The position numbers were made by a program, and so were the translations under genes. The notes under the pieces are model-generated. The model worked only from the letters and a program-made list of their open reading frames with translations, searched no databases and had not been told where the DNA came from. Shown here one piece after another: positions 26,110-40,873 of a stretch of 64,000 bases of DNA; the first letter of the stretch is position 1, and the number at the start of each line of letters is the position of its first letter. Origin of the DNA: Nemertoderma westbladi (lineage: Eukaryota > Animalia > Xenacoelomorpha); assembly GCA_032718475.1 (NCBI GenBank), contig JAUCBJ010005809.1, positions 35,228 through 99,227 of the forward strand, in the 5' to 3' direction.

Positions 26110-29100
26110 AGGGCCTACGACAGTAGGCCAGAATGGCGCATTACAACAGTTGGCAAGAATGGCACATTGCAACTGTAAGCCAGAATGGCACATTACAACA
26201 TTACAATTGTAGGCCAGAATTGCACATTAAAACATTACAATAGTAGGCCAGAATTGCACATTAAAACAGTAGGCCCGAATAGCGAGCGCATTACAACAGT
26301 TGGCCGGAATGGTGCATTACAAGAGTTGGCCATAAAGGCGCATTAGAATAATTGGCCAGAATGGTACATTACAACAGTAGGCCAGAATGGTACATTACAA
26401 CAGTTGGCTAGAATTGCACATTACAAGAATAAGCCAGAATGGCACATTACAACTGTTGGCCAAAATGGTACATTACAACAGTAGGTCAGAATGGCTCATT
26501 TCAACGGTAGGCCAGAATGCCATATTGCAAAAGTGGGCCATAATGTCACATTTCAACAGTAGCCCAGAATGCCATATTACAACAGTAGGCCAGAATGCCA
26601 TATTACAACAGTAGGCCATAATGTCACATGTCAACAGTAGCCCAGAATACCATATTACAACATTAAGCCATAATGTCACATTTCAACAGTAGCCCAGAAT
26701 GCCGTATTACAACAGTAGGCCATAATCTCACATTTCAACAGTAACCCAGAATGCCATATTACAAGAGTAGGCCATAATGTCACATTTCAACAGTAGCCCA
26801 GAATGCCATATTACAACAGTATGCCATAGTATCACATTTAAACAGTAGGCCAGAATGCCATATTACAACAGTAGGCCATAATGTCACATTACAACAGAAA
26901 GCCATAATGTCACATTACAACAGTAGGCCATAATGTCACATTTCAACAGTAGCCCAGAATGGCACATTACAACTGGAGGCCAGAATGGTACATTTCAACA
27001 GTAGGCCATAATGTCACATTTAAACAGTAGGCCAGAATGCCATATTACAACAGTAGGCCAGAATGCCATATTATAACAGTAGGCCAGAATGCCATATTAC
27101 AACAGTAGGCCAGAATGCCATATTAAAACAGTAGGCCAGAATGCCATGTTACAACAGTAGCCCATAATGTCACATTTCAACAGTAGGCCAGAATTCCATA
27201 TTACAACAGTAGGCCATAATGTCACATTTCAACAGTAGCCCAGAATGCCATATTACAAGAGTAGGCCATAATGTCACATTTCAACAGTAGCCCAGAATGC
27301 CATATTACAACAGTAGGCCATAATATCACATTTAAACAGTAGGCCAGAATGCCATATTACAACAGTAGGCCATAATGTCACATTACAACAGAAAGCCATA
27401 ATGTCACATTACAACAGTAGGCCATAATGTCACATTTCAACAGTAGTCCAGAATGCCATATTACAACAGTAGGCCATGATGTCACATTTCAACAGTGGCC
27501 CAGAATACCATATTAAAACAGTAGGCCATAATGTCACATTTAAACAGTAGGCCAGAATGCCATATTACAACAGTAGGCCAGAATGCCATATTACAACAGT
27601 AGGCCAGAATGCCATATTACAACAGTAGGCCAGAGTGCCATATTAAAACAGTAGGCCAGAATGCCATATTACAACAGTAGGCCATGATGTCACATTTCAA
27701 CAGTGGCCCAGAATGCCATATTAAAACAGTAGGCCATAATGTCACATTTAAACAGTAGGCCAGAATGCCATATTACAACAGTAGGCCAGAATGCCATATT
27801 ACAACAGTAGGCCAGAATGCCATATTACAACAGTAGGCCAGAATGCCATATTAAAACAGTAGGCCAGAATTCCATATTACAACAGTAGGCCATAATGTCA
27901 CATTTCAACAATAGGCCAGAATGCCACATTACAACAGTAGGCCATAATGTCACATTTCAACAGTAGGCCAGAATGCCACATTACAACAGTATGCCAGAAT
28001 GCCATATTACAACCGTAGGCCATTATGTCACATTTCAACAGTAGGCCAGAATGCCATATTACAACAGTAGGCCATAATGTCACATTACAACAGAAAGCCA
28101 TAATGTCACATTACAACAGTAGCCCATAATGTCACATTTCAACAGTAGGCCAGAATTCCATATTACAACAGTAGGCCATAATGTCACATTTCAACAGTAG
28201 GCCAGAATGCCATATTACAACAGTAGGCCATAATGTCACATTTCAACAGTAGCCCAGAATGCCATATTACAACAGTAGGCCATAATGTCACATTCCAACA
28301 CAGTAGGCCAGAATGCCATGTTACAACAGTGCCCATAATGCCACATTTCAACAGTAGGCCAGAATTCCATATTACAACAGTAGGCCATATTGTCACATTT
28401 CAACAGTAGCCCAGAATGCCATATTACAAGAGTAGGCCATAATGTCACATTTCAACAGTAGCCCAGAATGCCATATTACAACAGTAGGCCATAATATCAC
28501 ATTTAAACAGTAGGCCAGAATGCCATATTACAACAGTAGGCCATAATGTTACATTACAACAGAAAGCTATAATGTCACATTACAACAGTAGGCCATAATG
28601 TCACATTTCAACAGTAGTCCAGAATGCCATATTACAACAGTAGGCCATGATGTCACATTTCAACAGTGGCCCAGAATGCCATATTAAAACAGTAGGCCAT
28701 AATGTCACATTTAAACAGTAGGCCAGAATGCCATATTACAACAGTAGGCCAGAATGCCATATTACAACAGTAGGCCAGAATGCCATATTACAACAGTAGG
28801 CCAGAATGCCATATTAAAACAGTAGGCCAGAATGCCATGTTACAACAGTAGCCCATAATGTCACATTTCAACAGTAGGCCAGAATTCCATATTACAACAG
28901 TAGGCCATAATGTCACATTTCAACAGTAGCCCAGAATGCCATATTACAAGAGTAGGCCATAATGTCACATTTCAACAGTAGCCCAGAATGCCATATTACA
29001 ACAGTAGGCCATAATATCACATTTAAACAGTAGGCCAGAATGCCATATTACAACAGTAGGCCATAATGTCACATTACAACAGAAAGCCATAATGTCACAT

Positions 29101-30405
29101 TACAACAGTAGGCCATAATGTCACATTTCAACAGTAGTCCAGAATGCCATATTACAACAGTAGGCCATGATGTCACATTTCAACAGTGGCCCAGAATGCC
29201 ATATTAAAACAGTAGGCCATAATGTCACATTTAAACAGTAGGCCAGAATGCCATATTACAACAGTAGGCCAGAATGCCATATTACAACAGTAGGCCAGAA
29301 TGCCATATTACAACAGTAGGCCAGAATGCCATATTAAAACAGTAGGCCAGAATGCCATATTACAACAGTAGGCCAGAATGCCATATTAAAACAGTAGGCC
29401 AGAATGCCATATTACAACAGTAGGCCATAATGTCACATTTCAACAGTAGGCCAGAATGCCACATTACAACAGTAGGCCATAATGTCACATTTCAACAGTA
29501 GGCCAGAATGCCACATTACAACAGTATGCCAGAATGCCATATTACAACAGTAGGCCATTATGTCACATTTCAACAGTAGGCCAGAATGCCATATTACAAC
29601 AGTAGGACATAATGTCACATTTCAACAGTAGCCCAGAATGCCATATTACAACAGTAGGCCATAATGTCACATTCCAACACAGTAGGCCAGAATGCCATAT
29701 TACAACAGTAGGCCATAATGTCACATTACAACAGAAAGCCATAATGTCACATTACAACAGTAGGCCATAATGTCACATTTCAACAGTAGTCCAGAATGCC
29801 ATATTACAACAGTAGGCCATGATGTCACATTTCAACAGTGGCCCAGAATGCCATATTAAAACAGTAGGCCATAATGTCACATTTAAACAGTAGGCCAGAA
29901 TGCCATATTACAACAGTAGGCCAGAATGCCATATTACAACAGTAGGCCAGAATGCCATATTACAACAGTAGGCCAGAATGCCATATTAAAACAGTAGGCC
30001 AGAATGCCATATTACAACAGTAGGCCATAATGTCACATTTCAACAGTAGGCCAGAATGCCACATTACAACAGTAGGCCATAATGTCACATTTCAACAGTA
30101 GGCCAGAATGCCACATTACAACAGTATGCCAGAATGCCATATTACAACAGTAGGCCATTATGTCACATTTCAACAGTAGGCCAGAATGCCATATTACAAC
30201 AGTAGGCCATAATGTCACATTTCAACAGTAGGCCATAATGTCACATTTCAACAGTAGGTCAGAATCCCATATTACAACAGTAGGCCAGAATGCCATATTA
30301 CAACAGTAGGCCAGAATGCCATATTACAACAGTAGGTCAGAATGCCATATTACAACAGTAGGCCAGAATGCCATATTACAACAGTAGGCCAGAATGGCAC
30401 ATTTA
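26110..30405. repeat. 26-bp satellite array (ACAACAGTAGGCCAGAATGCCATATT / TCAACAGTAGGCCATAATGTCACATT), about 165 monomers with higher-order structure
   Basis: Direct reading; two monomer types and recurrent diagnostic variants. Confidence 0.98.
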
Positions 30406-31015
30406 AGCCGGACTTTGGATAGGTTCATCCTAAGTAATTTAAGTTTATTTTTTACTCAACGAATGAATGTTGTTAAAACTTAAAACATAAAAATTATAAC
30501 ATTTTATAATTGTTAATTTATTGGTCCTTTGCGGGTGCGTCTCCATTGCATTGGCTGGGGAACTTTTTCCAAGCCATAACTCTGAATTTATACTTCGTTA
30601 TCCTGAGTTTGACAAGTAACTGCCGTGTTGGCTTGGTTCGGGCACGGCACAGAATAAACCAGTAATAAAATAAGGGCAGCACAATAAATATTGTCACTTG
30701 CATCTCATATAATTTCTTACTTTGTTCACTTTTCACTGACATTACGATTCATAAGCAGTAGAACCGGTCCAGGGCAGGGCCAGCTATTATGTTGAGGAAA
30801 TAATATGTCTCAAATTCGAACTAATTTGGTTTCCTAGCAAACAACGTAATACATGAAATGAAATGAAAATAAAGATGAAGATGAAGCTTGTCAGTAGTTA
30901 GCTAGTTAAGTTTATTGACAATAATTGACATCACCATAACAAACACATTAAATGTATATAAATCTATAAGAAGGCACGAGAATCCACAATTATTTGTAAA
31001 TCTTCAGATTTACTT

Positions 31016-32088
31016 ACTGTAAGAAAATCGTGGCTGTCTGTTTGTTTGTCTGTTTGTCACACGAAAGGCTCCGAAACTATCCGATCAATTGTGTTATTTT
31101 TAGTACCCTCCTGTAGTGTATGGTCTGAATGGGTGTATAAAGCAATTTTCAGAAAAATAAAGTCATTAGTTTTTGCAAAAAAATTATATAAACGAAAAGT
31201 GCCATTTACGCAATTGGCACAATTTAACACCAATAGCAACAGCTGGTGTTCATGATGAGAAATGGCTTATGTAATGGATTTCTACACAACTACACAGGCT
31301 TAGTATAAATCGATGAGGTTGCCAAGATTATTGTACTTAGTACACCCATACTGTTTGCTTAGGCCCTACTGCCTAAACACCACTCCCTTACAAACTTGAA
31401 ATTCTTCATAAGGTAGCATTGAATTTAATTTAATTTTAATGTCACGGTCTCAAGCCCCCAGCCGTAACCGACTTATCAGACAATACATAAGATAACAAAA
31501 TAAAATAACAATAACACACGTAGATACTAATACAAATACAAATATAATAGAAATATAAATACAGAGACACAGATATAGTGATACAGCATTACTGTGATTT
31601 AGATACATAGAATCAGCAGGTTGGGTGAATTCTTAGCCCGCGAGTTAGTAATGGAGCAGGTTTCATTATTGGGGGAACCAAAACAATAAACGTTATTGTT
31701 TTGCGGGCTAAGAATACCCACGGGCTAAGAATACTCGCGGGCTAAGAATATTCTCGGGCTAAGAATTCCTGAGACCAATCAGCATTAGTGTACGTGTTAA
31801 ATATTTTATACAGCTGATAGCCTTCTCAGTCAAGGTATGGGCCAATGCGAATTTATTAATAATTCCAGGTGAAGGAATTTTAGTAATAATGTAGACCTTC
31901 AACTGTAGTACTACAATAATTGGTATAATTAGAATCATGAGAGGGAAACGTAGGTTTAGAAAATTTGTGTTCCTAAAGGAACAAAGTGATTTAAAAAGTT
32001 AAATATTAGATTATTAATTAATTAATAGAAGTGTTTCTGAAGATTGAAAATTTACATCCCGCGTGCGGCGTGCTAGGCACGCCACTAG
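31016..32088 (+). mobile_element. Probable non-autonomous Helitron (5' boundary approximate)
   Basis: (TGTY)n microsatellite near the 5' end (31035-31056). 3' GC-rich hairpin GGCGTGC-TAG-GCACGCC (32067-32083) followed by CTAG|T (32085-32089). Confidence 0.55.
31626..31775. mobile_element. Small MITE-like element with an inverted copy and tandem copies of CGGGCTAAGAAT
   Basis: GAATTCTTAGCCCGCGAG at the left is inverted relative to four CGGGCTAAGAAT units at the right. Internal AACCAAAACAATAAA is shared with repeats near 4320, 19350, 20460-20610 and 38812. Confidence 0.55.
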
Positions 32089-34809
32089 TAAATTACTCAA
32101 GTTATCCAAACAATTAAAAGAAAACCAAAAATTGACCAAAGTATATTGATTCCAAATTAGTGCGATGAAAACAAAATATAGTTACTAACAACAACAAGTA
32201 CAATAAATTGCTTAAGAAATAGAGAAAGAGAAATAGAGAAATATTACTGAATTACTTTCATACTGTACCTTAGAGAAATATTACTGAATTACTTTCATAC
32301 TGTACCTTAGAGAAATATTACTGAATTACTTTCACAATTCCGTCTATGTTTTATAATTTTAAAACAAAAAAATGACTAATATAAAAAAAAAATTTCCGTC
32401 CTTCTCTTCCCTAACTGTGAAGAAAATGCATTACAGGTGTAGGCGAAGGAGTGGTGTAGGCTATTTTTGGATTCTTATAGTTTAACGGAATATTTATACA
32501 AAATACCTTCATATTCAACAGCCCATAGTTACCAAAATATAAGGAAGCTATGGCTGGACTTCAAAAACACGAAATTTTTGTTGAAAATATTTGCCTATTT
32601 GTTAAAAAAAGCCATTGATGGCAACTGAATATCCAGTCGGATTATAGATAACAGCCACAACATGTCCTATACTGCATAATATGCAGGACAGAATGTTATA
32701 TTAAATATAAAAATGTAACTCACGTATTGAATAAATTAACTCGTTTCAAGCAACTTCATGCTGATGATGTGTTAGACACAGTGGCAATCTGAAAGGAAGA
32801 AATCAACAGTAATTAACTCAATAATAAAAAGGCGTGAAATTCATATATCTTTGAGCCAAACTTCCCAAGTCAGCGCAAATATATGTATTAATGAGTTCCA
32901 CCAAAGATATCGAAATTTAATTAGTTCTGCAGATAACGAAATCTGTACCATAATTCGTTTATCGCATGCCAGCCCACTGATACCTCAGCTTTTGCTCTCT
33001 TAAAGTTTCGTTCTATTAAGGTTCACACATGTGACTATTCTGCCTGATGACGCACTCTTTGTACGTTGAGACCTCAACCCATATATCATCCCTATAATCT
33101 AATCGCAAATTGGATTTATGCGGTCGAAATATTCTGAATTCATGGAATAAAAACTTCAGTTTAACGAATATGGAAAGGGTCAAATCATAACCCGGTGTCG
33201 AATTAATCCTGGCTAGTTTAAAACGAGGAAACGGCCACATGCAGTGCAATTTGTCCATTCAATTGCAAGAGATAAATGAAATCCGTATGCACTCTGCGCG
33301 GTGCGGCGCGTGCAGTGGCGCGGTGCAGTGGAGTGGCTTTTTGAAGTGCTCGGTCATTCATAAATGCTGTATCATGCTATTTCAGGTAATTCGGTACGGA
33401 GAGACGCACTCACTGACATGGAGCCATTTGCATCCAATCTTACTACCATGTAGGCACCATGGTGCATGAAGCCAGACGTTTATTAGAGTGGATTTCAATT
33501 TTAACTTCAGGGAATGGTGAGGGAGATCCTTATGAACTGCATCAACTCGCCAGGCAGCGAAGCATCGCCTTTGTTGTAAAATTCAGTTTCATTTAAGGAA
33601 ACCGATGCAATTTAATTGACGCCTCAAGACCAACAAACATTTGATTAGAAGGCAAATTCAACGAATGAGATGCAAAACTATCTTCAGTATTATTCATAAT
33701 TATTCTTTTGAATTTTTTTTAATGCTAGGTGAATGAATGATAAGATTCCACATGTAGAACACTAGTTTATCTTCGGATACAAAGTGCGGGTGCAATATTA
33801 TGGCAGAATTGCGTGCATATTCTCGCTTCAGAGCAGGGCCACAGGGCTATTACTTAATTAATTTGTATCAAACCCAATATAAATCCCGGGGTTTAAATAA
33901 CACCCACTTAGTATCGGCAGAAGAATCAATTTTCCCAACATAGTGGTGCAAATTGAACACAAGTGAAAAGAGTGATCTCCTGCGCATATTGGTCACATAT
34001 GAAACAAAGATTCGTTTATTGGTTTGGTTAGGCGAAATCACAATCGTCAATTGTGTCTTGCTTGGGAAACACCAGTGCGATATTTATTCGAAGATGGCAT
34101 TGCCCTGAATTCTAATACGTTTTCAGATGTACATCTTCTACTGAACAAATCAAATCAATGAGCTCGTATATTTTTCCATATTAGTATAACACAATGAGTG
34201 AGTGTATTATCAGCTTACTGCACCAGAGAACGTTTATTTGCAAATTGTATGTGTTTTTAGGGACAGGTAGGTGGTGCATTAATCAATAACAGTGGTTATT
34301 ATCGTAAAAGGAGAAGAAGAAAGCAGTAGCTTAGCTAGTTTTGCTCCTTCATTTTCATTTTCGATGAAGTTTGTTGTGATTATACAGAATAATCAATTGT
34401 TTGGTGACATCTCACGGCCGAAATTATATCCTGCGACTTGTGCGCTTTCTGTGTATCAATTTTTTTTTTTTTTCAATAATTGGTCTAGCTGACAATCTGA
34501 GTATTTTTAGTTTATAAACGGGGTTGCTAAAAAAAATAATAATTTATTAGAATGTGACGAAGAAAATTATGATGAAAATTATGATGACGATATTTCACTA
34601 CCAATGCCACAGCTATTATTTTGTATCATATGTATATATTTGTTATTGTTAATAATTTTTAATTTAGTAATTAAATTTAATTTGATAATTATAGGTTGTT
34701 CAACATAAATAGTTTTAATTTTCTAGCCAGTGAGTGCTTTGATTTACTTGTTTTATGTTCTATTTTTAGTGAGTTCCAAATGATAGCTCCGCTGTATTTG
34801 AGTGAGTTT

Positions 34810-35965
34810 TACTCCTGTCTGCTACCCGAGGGTAGGGGTGGGCGTTACTCCTATGTGCTACCCGGAGGCAGGGGTGGGCGTTACTCCTATCTGCTACACG
34901 GAGGCTGGGGTGGTGGCTACTCCTATCTGCTACCCGAGGTTAGGGGTGGGCGTTACTCCTATGTGCTACCCGGAGGCAGGGGTGGGCGTTACTCCTATCT
35001 GCTACACGGAGGCTGGGGTGGTGGCTACTCCTATCTGCTACACGGAGGCAGGGGTGGGGGCTACTCCTGTCTGCTACCCGAGGGTAGGGGTGGGCGTTAC
35101 TCCTATCTGCTACCCGGAGACAGGGGTGGGCACTACTCCTATCTGCTACACGGAGGCAGGGGTGGTGGCTACTCCTATCTGCTACCCGAGGGTAGGGGTG
35201 GGGGCTACTCCTCTCTGCTAGCCGAGGGTAGGGGTGGGCGCTACTCCTATCTGCTACCCGAGGGTAGGGGTGGGGGTTACTCCTCTCTGCTACCCGAGGG
35301 TAGGGGTGGGCACTACTCCTGTCTGCTACCCGAGGGTAGAGGTGGGGGCTACTCCTCTCTGCTAACCGAGGGTGGGGGTGGGGGCTACTCCTCTCTGCTA
35401 CCCGAGGGTAGGGGTGGGCGCTACTCCTGTCTGCTACCCGAGGGTAGGGGTGGGGGCTAATCATGTCTGCTACACTGAGGCAGGGGTGGGGGCTACTCCT
35501 GTCTGCTACCCGAGGTTAGGGGTGGGGGCTACTCATGTCTGCTACCCGAGGGTAGGAGTGGACGTTACTCCTATCTGCTACACGGAGGCAGGGGTGGGGG
35601 CTACTCATGTCTGCTACCCGAGGGTAGGGGTGGGCTTTACTCCTATCTGCTACACGGAGGCAGGGGTGGGGGCTACTCCTATCTGCTACACGGAGGCAGT
35701 GGTGGGGGCTACTCCTGTCTGCTACCCGAGGGTAGGGGTGGGCGTTACTCCTATCTGCTACCCGGAGACAGGGGTGGGCACTACTCCTATCTGCTACACG
35801 GAGGCAGGGGTGGTGGCTACTCCTATCTGCTACACGGAGGCAGGGGTGGGGGCTACTCCTATCTGCTACACGGAGGCAGGGGTGGGGGCTACTCCTGCCT
35901 GCTACCCGAGGGTAGGGGTGGGCGCTACTCCTATCTGCTACCCGAGGGTAGGGGTGGGGGCTACT
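34810..35965. repeat. 36-bp G-rich minisatellite (TACTCCTATCTGCTACCCGAGGGTAGGGGTGGGGGC), about 32 copies
   Basis: Direct reading; 12-codon periodicity in all overlapping ORFs. Confidence 0.97.
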
Positions 35966-36039
35966 GTGTGATACAAAGTGGAAAGGGCTGCTATGGAGAT
36001 TGGATTGAATATAATAGTTCAAAGTAAAAAGTTCAAGTA

Positions 36040-36850
36040 AATAAAATGTCAAACTAAAACGTTTTGTGTTCGTTTTGATAATTGTGAAGGTATACATACG
36101 GGTTTTCGAGGTCGCTGATCACGAATAAACTAGTTAAAAATATTTCTGGAAAAGCAAACATAATTTTTAGTGCCATTTTGGTGCCACAGGACGAAAAGTA
36201 CACGTACCAAAAATTTCAAACTGTTAAATTTTGCATTTGGTTTGATAATTCTGAAGCTATACTGGATTTCAAAAGGCAGCTGGGACGATACAACTCTTTA
36301 AAAATTATTCGTGGTTACGAAACTATCATTTTTGGTGTTTGTCTGGTTAGACGAAAAATACAAGTGGCATAAAATTATTTCAAACGGCAAAAATCTACTT
36401 TGGTTAGATAATAAGATATTCTTGAGTGCCATATTCGTGATCAGCATCCCATAAAACCCCTATGTCATAAAATCAGGTTGATTTGCTAATGATTTTTTAT
36501 TATCAAATTTGTGCCACTTGTAATTTTATAGCCGCACATTGACATGTATCCAAAAATGCCGTAATCAACAAGGTACAATATTTTTCAGTGTCACATACAT
36601 GATCGGCATCCCAAAAACCCATAATGTCCTAAAGTCAATCTGATTTCATGGTAATTTTTCATTATCATATTTCCACTACATGTTTTTTTCGTGGCACATT
36701 CAAAATTACCAAAAATTTTCTCAAATGTTATATTTGAGTTCTATAATCATGATCAGCATCCATAAAAAACCGCTATATACCGCAAATAAATTAATTTGAG
36801 TCAACTATAAAAACGTTTGAAAATTTTAGCACAAAAAATACTGGAGATGG
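36040..36850. mobile_element. Non-autonomous DNA transposon remnant; an inverted copy of its left part lies at 60279-60360
   Basis: AAAATGTCAAACT..AACGTTTTGTGTT..TTTTGATAATT..GAAGGTATAC..GGGTTTT.GAGG.CGCTGATCACGA matches the reverse complement of 60279-60357; repeated TGATCAGCATCCC..AAAACCC subunits. Confidence 0.6.
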
Positions 36851-37299
36851 GTACCAGAAAGGGACCACAGCACGAAAACTAACAGAGTCATGGCGTTTGC
36901 TATGTTGGGTATCCCATTAAATTTAAGGAAAAGAGAAGAAATCTCGGTTTTCCAAACAAATCTGACTCAAAAGACACAGTTGAATTACAAAAATATTTAT
37001 AAAATGTAATGAACGTAATGATAAAGTATATTTCTAGTTTAACACTACTTGAACGCACATATACATATTTAAAAAAATAACTATTTGCACGGATTGCGGA
37101 GAGTCTTCTTGAAAGGAAGACATTCAATTAGAATCATTCAATACATAGCATTAAAACCCATCGTTTAAGCAAGACTGATCCAAAACAACCAGCGTAACAA
37201 GCATCAATAATATGATTACAAGTGTTTCCTACACGATTTAACTGTGAAAATATATTAATTCTTAACATAGCCTTAAAAGTATTAGCAGTAGGTATAATT

Positions 37300-37640
37300 A
37301 ACAACAGACATGGAATTGTGCATTGATGGTTATTACTACAAGGGGCAACTCTAAATATTAGCTGGAGACAACACGTGACAAACGCCGAGCTTTATGGTAC
37401 AATACCACCTGAATCAACCACCCTCCGTGAACGCATATTAAGATTCAGTGGGCACTGCTGGCGAAGTAAAGACGAGGTCATACCAGATCTACTTTTCTCG
37501 CAACCAACATAGGCATTCCAATTCCCTTGGACACCGGCTATAACATTTAGACCAACTTGAAAGGAAAAATTACAACAACCGTGGAGAATCGGATCGGGAA
37601 GCCTGGAAGCCTAATGGTGGTGCCGATAAATGATAGATAA
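37300..37640 (+). mobile_element. Old RTE-clade LINE 3' fragment
   Basis: Translates LNISWRQHVTNAELYGTIPP...RERILRFSGHCWRSKDE, the RTE C-terminal motif (compare RLRFAGHCFR in the younger copies). Confidence 0.75.
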
Positions 37641-39496
37641 TACAATATAATTCATTTCCTAATTTCCACTGCCAGAGTTCGTTCAACTTAATAAATAGTA
37701 ATAGTATTTAGTAATATACATAGCCAGCACACTACGTTTTGTGGTATTGGTGTTATTGATTGACTAGGGTTTGTATCTGGTTGATTTGGATTACTTCTTG
37801 GATCCGAGTTTTATCAATCTAGTAATAGATAGATTGTTGTGGACAAGGGTAGTTAGCGGGAGTTTAATTATAAGCAAGCCTGTGGCTACCGGCAGTTAAT
37901 TTAACCTCAAGGCCTTCTAATTTGTCACACACAAGTGAAGAATACCCTTGGGTGTTTTCCCTTTGTATAAAATAAGTAATTTGTCAAAACAGTCTTAATG
38001 ATTCTGGTATATGAAAGATCATATACCATATAAGATCAGCATTTGGAGCATTAAGGCGATACCTTGATCAGCATTAGGAGCATTACGGCGATGGACGTCT
38101 AGGGTTCAAAGACTTGACCTTTAATTAGAATGATACACCATAAATTAGTTGGGATGACCGAATTCCGATTTACACTGAAATGTTGTAGGACTAACTAAGT
38201 ATCTCTACTCCTTGGATCACCAGAGGTAGCTTTACCTGTTAATGCCAAGAAAATCGTTCAACCAATACGTTTGATGGACACCAATTATTTGCTACATTAT
38301 GACTGACTGCCCGACTGACTCATATAATATATTGGACTGCCTGTTGGGTAATCGGGTTACAATACAATGGTCCCATATTCGAAATTTATCAACCGCAAAC
38401 TGTAGGCGTCCCGCCGGGTATGAAATAATAAGGTCCCGGCAGGTGCCAAATGAGTTGCGCGAACGGCCTGCCACATACGATTCACCAGCCTGCAGGGATG
38501 TATAATAACTTCGGCAAGGGTTCCCAACAAACCGCAGCGGAACGAGAATAAATTGCGGCAATAAAAATAGCAGATTACCTTATAATTTTAGGAGGTATAT
38601 TTTCGAAGTTGGTCGTGCAAAAAGTGAGGTGCCCATGCCCACAACGCAACGCGGTTAAAAAATCCCTAACTATGAGTATTTCAAGTTACATTTTCTAGAC
38701 AGAGGGGGGCGGGGAAACTGGACTCAAATCCCATTTTGGCGACTTAATATCTCGCCTCAATGTTAAATTATCAATTTAGAGGTGGAGCTGGTGACAGTGG
38801 CACGTTATTCTAACCAAAACAATAAATGAAAACCAATAGAACATGTTACAATTTTATTTTTGAAAGGAATCAACTGTTATTTGCGTCGAATTTCCCCAGA
38901 GTAATTAATTTTATTATGTAGAAAGTATCCCCTATCTGAATCTTTCATGTTTAGAGGGTGAATGATTTATAAGCTCCCTCCCAAACCCTTTTCGCTTTAT
39001 TTAAAACTAGCCCATTATGACCCAGCAATTCCAGTACTAAAAATTTGCCACACATAAAGTTGAGGCTTAATTAACAATAAATAATTAATGTACTGTATAG
39101 CATTCCATATGGAATATTCTATAACAATTGAAAAATAATTAAATTAAATTTCATCACCTTATATAAATCACTTATCAAGAAATATTGACATTGTCATCGC
39201 ATCTCAATTCAAGTGACCAACAAACACGTTGCCGCCAATCTAAGTTCCTTGGACCTATAGATTGTTCAACCATTCTCCATCAGAACATGGAATTTAACAC
39301 ATTGATGTTGATGACAAGAGTCTCAACCCCAACTTGGAATATACAGGACAATCTATTTTAATACTATGGGATAGCTAATTATTATTTGTTCAATAATAAG
39401 TCAGTTAGCCAGTTTGTTAGGAGCCCGCTCGACAGGCGGGATACTTGCTGTAAAAATCTGCGGGATACTTACTGTAAAAATCTCAGGATATATAAC

Positions 39497-39541
39497 ACTG
39501 ACTGACTGACTGACTGACTGACTGACTGACTGACTGACTGA
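39497..39541. repeat. (CTGA)n microsatellite, 11 units, within a probable Helentron/DINE-like element
   Basis: Perfect tetramer run; upstream GC hairpin-like CCCGC..GCGGG near 39424-39440. The host-element assignment is inference. Confidence 0.8.
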
Positions 39542-40873
39542 TAATTATTCACGTTCAGGCACTTCTTGCCTGGCGATTTTGTTGAAATTTTACAAGTAAA
39601 TTGCTTTGGTGGTTCATAATCGCGTTACAAAATATCAGATCGATTCTATGTGTGGTATTCGATATATTTCGTTTTTTGAAATTATTTTGTGGCGAAATTA
39701 AAAGCAATGGTTTTAAAGTAACAACTCCTGCCTGAGCTGCTGCAGCAGCTAGCTGTGTAGGAATGGTTGAGAGCAGGGCTGCCTGAGATAGAATTCCATC
39801 CAGACCATCAAGGCAGAATTTATTGATTTCTTGACCCTCCTGCTGCTGGCTGAGTCTACACATCCTTTATCAGCTCTCAGGGATAGACAGAAAATAGTTG
39901 CGTTGTCAATAAACAAAATAAATTATACCACTGCAGTAAGATTATATTATTATTCCACGAATCATTGGGCAGATTATTTTATATAGGATATATGTAGAAT
40001 GTTCTTAAAAATAATATTCTAATTTTTTTATTATATAGGATTAGCATCATTTTTTAGCTGAAGCATTAATAGTGTAAATTAATTTAATTATATTTTAATA
40101 CCATTACTACATTGGCATACTGTAAGATAAGTTTAACATTTCTTACAAATAGTGGTGCGAGCAAAAAACTCAAATCACGCAAATTTAAAAGAACCGGGTG
40201 TGTTGTCATAGCAAAGTTTCATTTTTTATTATGTGGGACGAGCCACAAAGTCAGCTAGCCTCACGCCTTACAGTTTAGACAATTGTTTAGTTTACTTACT
40301 GCTGACTGACATAGTTCTTTGTAATAGTCTTGGCTATGATTCTTCCCCCGGGCTCCTTCCAGCCAGCTTGCTGGCTTTCTAGTTAGTTATAATGATATTA
40401 GCAATGCTAACTAACATATTATTAATTCCTTCGAACTGTAATTCTCAGTCTGACTTCGGAACACTTAAAATTATTTTACATTTGTTATTTTGTATTGTTA
40501 TTTTCTTCAATATCAACTTGATTTTAAATTCTAATATTTTAAATATTGTTATATCATACTCAAATACCACATTTAAATATATGTATTGTAAAGCACTTGT
40601 AATGAATCCCAGATTGTAAATATATGTGTAAAAAGCACATGTAATGCCATATTGTAAAAAATTCATATTCGAATTGCCGAATTAATTTTAAAACCTCTTT
40701 GAAATGTGTTACTTGCCCTAGGGGGGCGCCATCGACAATATTTTGCCCCCGGTGATGAAACCAACTTTAAGTGCCACTTTCATCGACCGGTTGAACATTC
40801 AATTGTTTTCTTCCTCCGGGAATTGTCATAGGATAAAAAAACAAGGAATAATCGAGAGCAGATAGGCTGGGCA

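Noticed and set aside
26387-30218. Short Cys/Trp-rich ORFs
   Set aside because: Translations of the 26-bp satellite.
34696-36097. Gly/Tyr-rich structural protein ORFs
   Set aside because: Several frames on both strands are open only because the 36-bp unit lacks stops. The longest frame is broken by TAA and TGA at 35458-35478, and there is no clear gene structure.
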